From: Paraphysomonas bandaiensis
Lineage: Eukaryota; Protista; Chrysophyceae
NCBI GenBank assembly: GCA_965644295.1
Contig: CBFFRP010000490.1
Coordinates: 1 to 5,138 of the forward strand
Direction: 5' to 3'
Length of the DNA: 5,138 bases
Of the stretch, positions 1 through 5,138 are shown piece after piece (the first letter of the stretch is position 1; each line of letters starts with the position of its first letter). Position numbers and translations under genes: made by a program. The notes under the pieces were generated by a model. That model was not told the origin of the DNA. It did not search any database and saw only the letters and a list, made by a program, of their open reading frames with translations.

Positions 1-1
1 A

Positions 2-703
2 CACCGGTATATGGGACCTTTCTCAGTCAAGTCCCAGTACAAGAATGACGTAGACTGTCAACATCTCGCCACTGGGCAAGTGGTTCGTGTTTCCGTGAGC
101 GATGTTAAATTGTTTCCGGGAGATTCTGATGCTGCTTATAAAATGGCTTTACGGGATCAGGATCAACATGTTATTGATGAAATCCTTTATTACCGTGGTG
201 ATAGAGAGGTTCGATCTACCATGGTTTTCACTGTGCGTTTTCAAGATGGAGATGTCCGAGAAGTCCCTTACAGCAAGGATATTTTTGATTCCGTTCCTTA
301 TGCTGAATTCTGTTCTCGAAAACGATATCTTTACCATCTTATTTATACTGCTGACTATGCAAAGAAATACATCGCGGATTTCCGCAGGCAACCGATCACT
401 CAGTTTCAACCTGGTGATCTAGCCTATGTTGATTTGCGAATTTATGGTGATGCTTGGTACGATGAGTTGGAATTACCAGATTCTCATCTCATTACTTATG
501 TAGCTCCTATCCAGTTCACACACTGGTATCACAAGAGCTCTAAGCGAGTTTTATCTGTGAAGGATCTTCTCACTCTCCGTACCTACCGTTATGATAATTA
601 CCTAGTGCATTGCTTTGTTCATTCCGAGGTGAATGCTAGCACAATGGTACTCGTGGACGAGGATTTTGCCAACAAATATCCTCAGGTCCGTGCGTCTTAT
701 TAA
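2..703 (+). CDS. pol: C-terminal part of a Ty3/Gypsy Pol polyprotein (integrase GPY/F SH3-like tail, chromodomain-like segment, extra C-terminal domain); 5' end lies outside the window
   Basis: The frame is open from base 2 (H-R-Y-M-G-P-F), so ATG 11 is internal. 'RYMGPFSV...VSVSDVKLF' resembles the Gypsy integrase GPY/F module (GP[YF]xV...hhVSxLKxF). It is followed by 'HVIDEIL..RG....MVFTVRF' (chromo-like), stop TAA at 701-703, and then a PPT and TG-starting LTR as expected. Confidence 0.85.
   Translation, partial: HRYMGPFSVKSQYKNDVDCQHLATGQVVRVSVSDVKLFPGDSDAAYKMALRDQDQHVIDEILYYRGDREVRSTMVFTVRFQDGDVREVPYSKDIFDSVPYAEFCSRKRYLYHLIYTADYAKKYIADFRRQPITQFQPGDLAYVDLRIYGDAWYDELELPDSHLITYVAPIQFTHWYHKSSKRVLSVKDLLTLRTYRYDNYLVHCFVHSEVNASTMVLVDEDFANKYPQVRASY
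167..313 (+). other. Divergent chromodomain-like segment of the integrase (aa 53-101 of the 11..703 ORF)
   Basis: HVIDEILYYRGDREVRSTMVFTVRFQDGDVREVPYSKDIFDSVPYAEFC follows the chromodomain pattern (Y/F-x-V/I-E/D-x-I-L-x-x-R ... Y/F-L-V-K-W ... P ... C-terminal helix) and lies directly after the GPY/F module, as in chromoviruses. Confidence 0.65.
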
Positions 704-872
704 GTTCCACGCTGGACACATTATTCTTATTGCTCTCTCAATTCCATTCCATATCAAATCATTATTATAACTTATAATTCTCCGGGGATTTTCGTTTTGA
801 CGGCTACGTAACACCTAGTCCCGTTGGCATTTGTGAATACCGGAGGCATGCTATTCTGTAGACAACCAAAAC

Positions 873-883
873 GGGGGAGGAGG
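873..883 (+). promoter_or_regulatory. Polypurine tract (plus-strand primer) of the Gypsy element
   Basis: GGGGGAGGAGG, 170 bp after the pol stop, followed by CAG and then TGTGAC (canonical LTR 5' TG). Confidence 0.85.
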
Positions 884-968
884 CAGTGTGACCACGTGGC
901 ATTTCCCATGCCCTATCTACGTGGCTATAGTATCACGCTATTGAGTCACATGCATGGTTACATTGACT

Positions 969-1029
969 TTTAGGACCCTATGTTGGTTTAAGACCCTATA
1001 TCAGGACCCTATATATTGCTTTAGGACCT
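969..1029. repeat. Four imperfect copies of TTTAGGACCCTAT in the LTR U3 region
   Basis: TTTAGGACCCTAT 969-981, TTTAAGACCCTAT 987-999, ATCAGGACCCTAT 1000-1012, TTTAGGACCT 1020-1029. Confidence 0.85.
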
Positions 1030-1134
1030 TCATTGTGTTCAGGATACATATTATGCAACACCATTTGGACATTGGTAATGTACCACAGTGTACCTACATA
1101 TTGAGCCAACGTTCGGGTATGATGTCCAATTTTT

Positions 1135-1176
1135 ATCTGCTGCTGATGATGTACGACTATGATCTGCTGCTGGTGA
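1135..1176. repeat. 15-bp direct repeat ATCTGCTGCTGRTGA
   Basis: Copies at 1135-1149 and 1162-1176 with one mismatch; a partial third CTGCTGC near 1195-1201. Confidence 0.8.
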
Positions 1177-1403
1177 CTTCGGTCGATGTGAAACCTGCTG
1201 CAAATTTATATCAAAGTTATGTGGGCCCGTATTCCTGTGTAGCAGTTGCAGTATATACTTCCATATACATACATACATGTATTACCCGTACTACCCTATA
1301 GGGGGGCAAATACATGTGACCATCACAGGAGAGAAGTCGCTATTATACACTTGAGGTGCACGAGTGTTCATGCAAGGCTTATTGGGGTTGGATTGCAATG
1401 TGG

Positions 1404-1430
1404 TATGCGTACTATACGTACTATATGTAC
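1404..1430. repeat. 3 x 9-bp tandem repeat TATRYGTAC
   Basis: TATGCGTAC / TATACGTAC / TATATGTAC, contiguous. Confidence 0.8.
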
Positions 1431-1892
1431 CGTATTTATGTATTTCCTGGATTATGGGGTTTTCAGTCTCTGGTAGGGTATAGATACGTAGTATACGGTG
1501 TACTCTCGGCATATGGTGGTGAGCCATTCCCTATCAGGTTGCTGTGTATTTTTCAGTTTTGATTGAAGAGTTACACAACCTGTGGTGGTGTGATGACACC
1601 ACGTGTGTTGCACCATGTTAGGAGTGTGTGTGTGTGCATATATGCTCCTGTGGTGTTTATCACTTGTTTTAAGTTAGACCAAAGCTTGGTGCTAGTGATC
1701 TTGGGTGCCAGCGGTATACCATTGCGCGGTGACTCTTCGCGGGAGTCACTAACTGAGTTTAGGTCTAAACTTGGAAAAAAGTGTTTTAATAATAATACCG
1801 TTATTACTGTGCTTGTTGGTTCAGTGTAGGTGTTGTTGTAGTTTTATTGTTTACGAGCCAACACCCTGGTTATCAAACCGGGTGTTGTTATA

Positions 1893-3212
1893 AGACCTCA
1901 CTACTGAAGAGACGTGTCTTAAAGATTGTGCGGACTCCACGGGGAGTGAAGTTGGTGCGAGCAAAGTATGTTCACACGGTGAAGAGAGACCTTCTGGGGA
2001 ATGTAGTCAAGTATAAGGCGCGGCTGGTTGCATTAGGAAATTTACAAGAAAAAACGGAGGAGGAGCAGTCCACGTTTGCTCCAGTGGTCAAAGGAATAAC
2101 CATTCGACTGGTGCTTGCAATTGCCTTTATGTTTCATATGCATGTACATCAGTTGGACGTATCATCAGCGTTTTGTTATGCCGATCTTGAGGAGGATGTT
2201 TATATGACACCTCCACCTGATGAAGAGTTGCCAGCGGGGTGGTGTTTTCAATTGATCAAGGCCTTATATGGTTTGCGGTCATCACCGAGGCAGTGGAACA
2301 AGCATATTGACAAGTTTATCAAATCGTTACATTTTACTGCTTGCATTTTAGATACATGCTTGTATATGCGATGGAGTAATGGTCAATTGCACTTATTGCT
2401 GATATATGTTGATGATATTATCATTGCATCTGCTGATCTCACCTACTTAGAAAGTGTTAAACGTAGGTTCTGCGAAACGTTTGAAATGCACGATCTGGGT
2501 GTGTGCAAACGGTTTCTGAATATCAGAATCACGAGAGGCGAGGACTGGTACATGTTAGATCAATCGAAATATGCCAAGAATATTGTAAAGAAATTCGATT
2601 CGTTTATGGGAAAGAGCAGTAAGAATAAGGAGACTCCACTACCTACCAATGTTCAGGATTTGTTGGCAGAGCAACGTGAGCTGACGGAGGAGCAGAAGCA
2701 GTGGGTCGAATCATTTCCGTATAGAGGAATTATTGGAGCGGTGTTGCATTTGGCGATTCACACTAGACCTGATCTGGCTTACGCTGTGGGGTTATTGGCT
2801 CGATTTAGTACTTCTCCAACATATGCGACTTGCAGATTAGCTATTCATTTGTTGAAATATTTACGTTGATAAGGGAATCAGATTCAGTGGGAGTGAGTTT
2901 GATTTACATGTATTCAGTGATTCAGACTGGGCTGGTGATAGGATGACTAGGCGGTCCACAACGGGATACATCGTGCTTTTATGTGCGGGCGCTTTGGCCT
3001 GGCAGTCCAAGTTTCAGACCACAGTTGCGACTTCGAGCATGGAATCTGAGTATATGGCGGAGTATGCGGCTTTGCAAGAACTGGTGTGGCTTCGGGGGGT
3101 GTTCAAGGAGCTCGGACTCTTGGTAACGAAGCCGACTCCATTCTTTATGGATAGTAAGAGTGCAAAGGATCTTTCAGAGAATCCAGTGTATCATAAGAGG
3201 TCGAAGCATATT
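1893..3212 (+). pseudogene. pol: Ty1/Copia pol fragment: reverse transcriptase (RVT_2 type) and RNase H; frameshifted and truncated at both ends
   Basis: Copia RT motifs KYKARLVALG, TFAPVVK, HQLDVSSAF, LIKALYGLRSSPRQWN, YVDD (2405-2416) and TRPDLAYAV. After a frame change at ~2864-2865 it reads VDKGIRFSGSEFDLHVFSDSDWAGDRMTRRSTTGY...WQSKFQTTVATSSMESEY...ENPVYHKRSKHI (Copia RNase H). The expected DI.YH continuation is absent. Confidence 0.95.
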
Positions 3213-3523
3213 TGTCACGCATACCTGTAGTTACTGTTATACGTGGAGTTATACGGTGTTATACTGCGGTACTCTAGGTAGCATGCTGTTGTACTTTCAT
3301 TTTCAGTTTATTTAGTATACATTGCGGTTACTGTATTCTTGAAGGGATATAAGTCCCGTATATGTACAAGTATGATACTGTAAACTGTAGATGATTCACA
3401 GCAAGATAGAGTGTTGTATGATTTCACTTTCTTTCTTTACACGTTTTAACGTAATTTAATTCATTCTATACTCGCGGTTTGCTTGTGTTAGGAGGCAGTT
3501 TCACCGGTTTGGTGTTCTGGACA
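3213..3523 (+). mobile_element. Putative 5' LTR of a second element inserted in the Copia RNase H (start good; end uncertain, 3523 or 3599)
   Basis: Copia similarity stops abruptly and TGTCAC begins. It contains GTTATAC x3 (3236, 3248, 3258) and a TATAA at 3348. A candidate end GACA (3520-3523) is complementary to the initial TGTC. An ORF follows at 3657. Confidence 0.5.
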
Positions 3524-3656
3524 GTGTATTCTCGGTTTGGGAAGCACTTTAAATTTTTAGAACGTTGTAAACACGGTCTTTCTCATCAGAAAGATTACAG
3601 TATTAATACTTTAGTCGGATAGAAAGAAACATTGTTTATTTATATTATTGTCGACT

Positions 3657-4295
3657 ATGAGTTCGGAAGAAGAGGTTTCAAAGATTATGGAGTTCCTTCA
3701 GCAGCGGTTTGCTGAACAAAATGAACAGTTTGCTGAACAAAAGCAGCGGTTTGCTGAACAACAAGAGCAGCTGAACAAGCGTTTTGAGTCCATCGATCTT
3801 CATTTCGAAATGTTCGAACAAAGATTGCAGCAGTTGGAGTCTCGACGTTCCTCAAGACGAGCGATTCCAGTTAATTCAGATCTACTTCAGACCAGAACCG
3901 ATGAGAACTGTATTGTGCAGAATGTTGTCAATGATATGTTGGAATTTGTTGAGCAGCAGGACGTTCAGTCAGAGTCATTCGAGGCTGAGATTTTTGTTGA
4001 TAATTCTCAAGTTGTTATGCAGCATGTTGCCATTGATCCTGAAATGGTAATTCCAAATTCCTTTGGAAAAGAGACTACTGCCAATGATGCTACAGATGTA
4101 ATCGAGCGCATGTCAGTCGTACCTTTTTCAGTGTTCAATTATTCGGTGTTTGAATATTCCTTGTTTATGCTGATAAAGCAAGATGCAGCTTGTTACGTTT
4201 TTCAGTTTCTTACGTTGAACAAGAGTTTGAGTTTATTGCTTTCAAATCTTGTGTTTATTGCGGAGCATGGGCCAGGGCCGCCATTAATTCAGTAA
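3657..4295 (+). CDS. Coiled-coil protein, probable Gag-like ORF1 (N-terminal part) of the second inserted element; C-terminal half may be degenerate
   Basis: First ATG at 3657 after an AT-rich leader (the track start at 3648 is TTG). Heptad E/Q-rich N-terminus (FLQQRFAEQNEQFAEQKQRFAEQQEQLNKRFESI...LQQLE) followed by a basic RRSSRR patch. Position behind a putative LTR. No capsid or CCHC motif recognised. Confidence 0.45.
   Translation: MSSEEEVSKIMEFLQQRFAEQNEQFAEQKQRFAEQQEQLNKRFESIDLHFEMFEQRLQQLESRRSSRRAIPVNSDLLQTRTDENCIVQNVVNDMLEFVEQQDVQSESFEAEIFVDNSQVVMQHVAIDPEMVIPNSFGKETTANDATDVIERMSVVPFSVFNYSVFEYSLFMLIKQDAACYVFQFLTLNKSLSLLLSNLVFIAEHGPGPPLIQ
3699..3761 (+). repeat. 3 x 21-bp in-frame tandem repeat encoding xxxFAEQ heptads
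   Basis: CAGCAGCGGTTTGCTGAACAA / AATGAACAGTTTGCTGAACAA / AAGCAGCGGTTTGCTGAACAA. Confidence 0.9.
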
Positions 4296-5138
4296 GTTCA
4301 ATTCCAAATCCAGCAAGTGTCTTTTGTTTCAAAGTTCATCTTATTATTTATGATGATGCAATATTTATCATGGTTTTATTCATTTTATTTCGGAATGGAT
4401 TGAGGTTGTTGTGAGCCTTACCGTTGTGATGGGAGTTACAATATGAGAGTTCTGAGTTTTTGAGAAGTGTGATTCATATTCAATAATGTCTAGTTAAAAT
4501 TATGCTCAATAGTCCTGTGTGATACTGACTACTACGAGAGAATAATTCGGTTTTAAGTTCAATGTATAAGAATGGGTTTCAGTGAATTTATCAAGTTTCA
4601 ATGAATGACAGTATTGTCTGAGATTGGTAAAAAGTCTGCAAAGAGTTGTTCAATATCAATGGTATGGTTTCAACATCAATGGCAAGCAATTATTGTTATA
4701 GTTTTGCAAGGGTCATGTATGGTTTGGATAAGTTTTGCAATACTATATGATTCATATACGAAAGTTTAATTTCAGAGGAAGTAAACAGTTTTTAATGAAC
4801 GCGATTGCCTCTATGTGAACAGAATGTAAATTTTGATGTTGTAATTTCAGTATGAGGAAAGTACATTTGGAGCAATATGTTTTCAGTGTGCTTTGCATTT
4901 TGTATTAAAGAGAATGAATGGAAACAGGAAGGAGTTGGAGATATTCATTGTCTTGTTGATGGTTATAAAATGGTTACTCAGTTCTTTGGATCTGCAATGG
5001 GATTGAATTTGAATATATGGTATTCATAAATGCAATGAATTAACCTGTCTAAATTCATGGTTAGTTGTTGAATGAAAGTTGTTCGAAATTGAAGTTTCTG
5101 TTACGTTGAAGTGAATATGGTTCAGTGATACAACTGTG

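Larger units (their letters stand above)
887..1892 (+). mobile_element. 3' LTR of the Gypsy/chromovirus element (start firm, end approximate)
   Basis: Starts TGTGAC right after the PPT and is non-coding and repeat/hairpin rich. Copia-like coding (K-T-S-L-L-K-R-R-V-L-K-I-V) begins right after GTTATA at 1887-1892, which differs from the ideal terminal GTCACA by two C>T changes. Confidence 0.65.

Noticed and set aside
764-778. Palindrome ATTATAA-C-TTATAAT
   Set aside because: Pure A/T arms in an AT-rich spacer; likely chance.
887-950. Perfect TGTGAC...GTCACA termini suggesting a 64-bp LTR
   Set aside because: Too short for a typical LTR, and LTR-like non-coding sequence continues to the Copia junction near 1892. 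Not fully excluded without the 5' LTR.
969-1029. CRISPR-like or true telomeric array
   Set aside because: Units are 13 bp with 0-7 bp gaps, there are no spacers or cas genes, no perfect tandem TTTAGGG, and the context is a eukaryotic retroelement.
1135-1256. Hammerhead-ribozyme-like core: CTGATGA (1143-1149) ... GAAAC (1190-1194), with a GAC-TTCG-GTC tetraloop hairpin (1175-1184) between them
   Set aside because: The base of stem II does not pair (TGTA against ATGT), and the stem I registers I could build put G at the cleavage position. CTGATGA is also explained by a local direct repeat. An Infernal search would settle it.
954-1829. Short ORFs on both strands within the LTR, and alternative-frame ORFs at 102-422, 149-409, 602-814, 3784-4050 and 4190-4414
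   Set aside because: No recognisable motifs; composition reflects TA/TG-rich repeats or overlap with better-supported frames.
1847-1891. N-terminus of the 340-aa ORF (MFTSQHPGYQTGCCY)
   Set aside because: It starts at TTG inside the LTR hairpin and is a chance in-frame extension of the Copia RT, not a real start.
3213-3230. C-terminal CHAYL of the 95-aa ORF
   Set aside because: Read-through into the inserted element; not RNase H sequence.
4257-4283. IAEHGPGPP resembling a 2A ribosome-skipping motif (DxExNPGP)
   Set aside because: It lacks the essential D and N, and the ORF ends a few codons later.

Overview
This is eukaryotic repeat DNA: a nest of three LTR-retrotransposon pieces, all on the + strand, with no ordinary host gene. 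(1) 1-~1892 is the 3' end of a Ty3/Gypsy chromovirus-like element: integrase C-terminus with GPY/F motif, a divergent chromodomain, an extra ~97-aa C-terminal domain, a polypurine tract, and a ~1 kb 3' LTR starting TGTGAC at 887. (2) ~1893-3212 is an internal fragment of a Ty1/Copia pol (RT with YVDD, then RNase H with SDSDWAGD), frameshifted at ~2864 and cut off at both ends. (3) 3213-5138 is probably a second inserted LTR element. It starts TGTCAC right after the Copia 'KHI' codons, has a putative 5' LTR and a coiled-coil Gag-like ORF, then AT-rich sequence without long ORFs (possibly non-autonomous or decayed). The most notable observations are the extra domain after the chromodomain and a dense, G-U-rich hairpin array in the 3' half of the Gypsy LTR. 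All calls come from reading motifs by eye; no database search or folding program was run.
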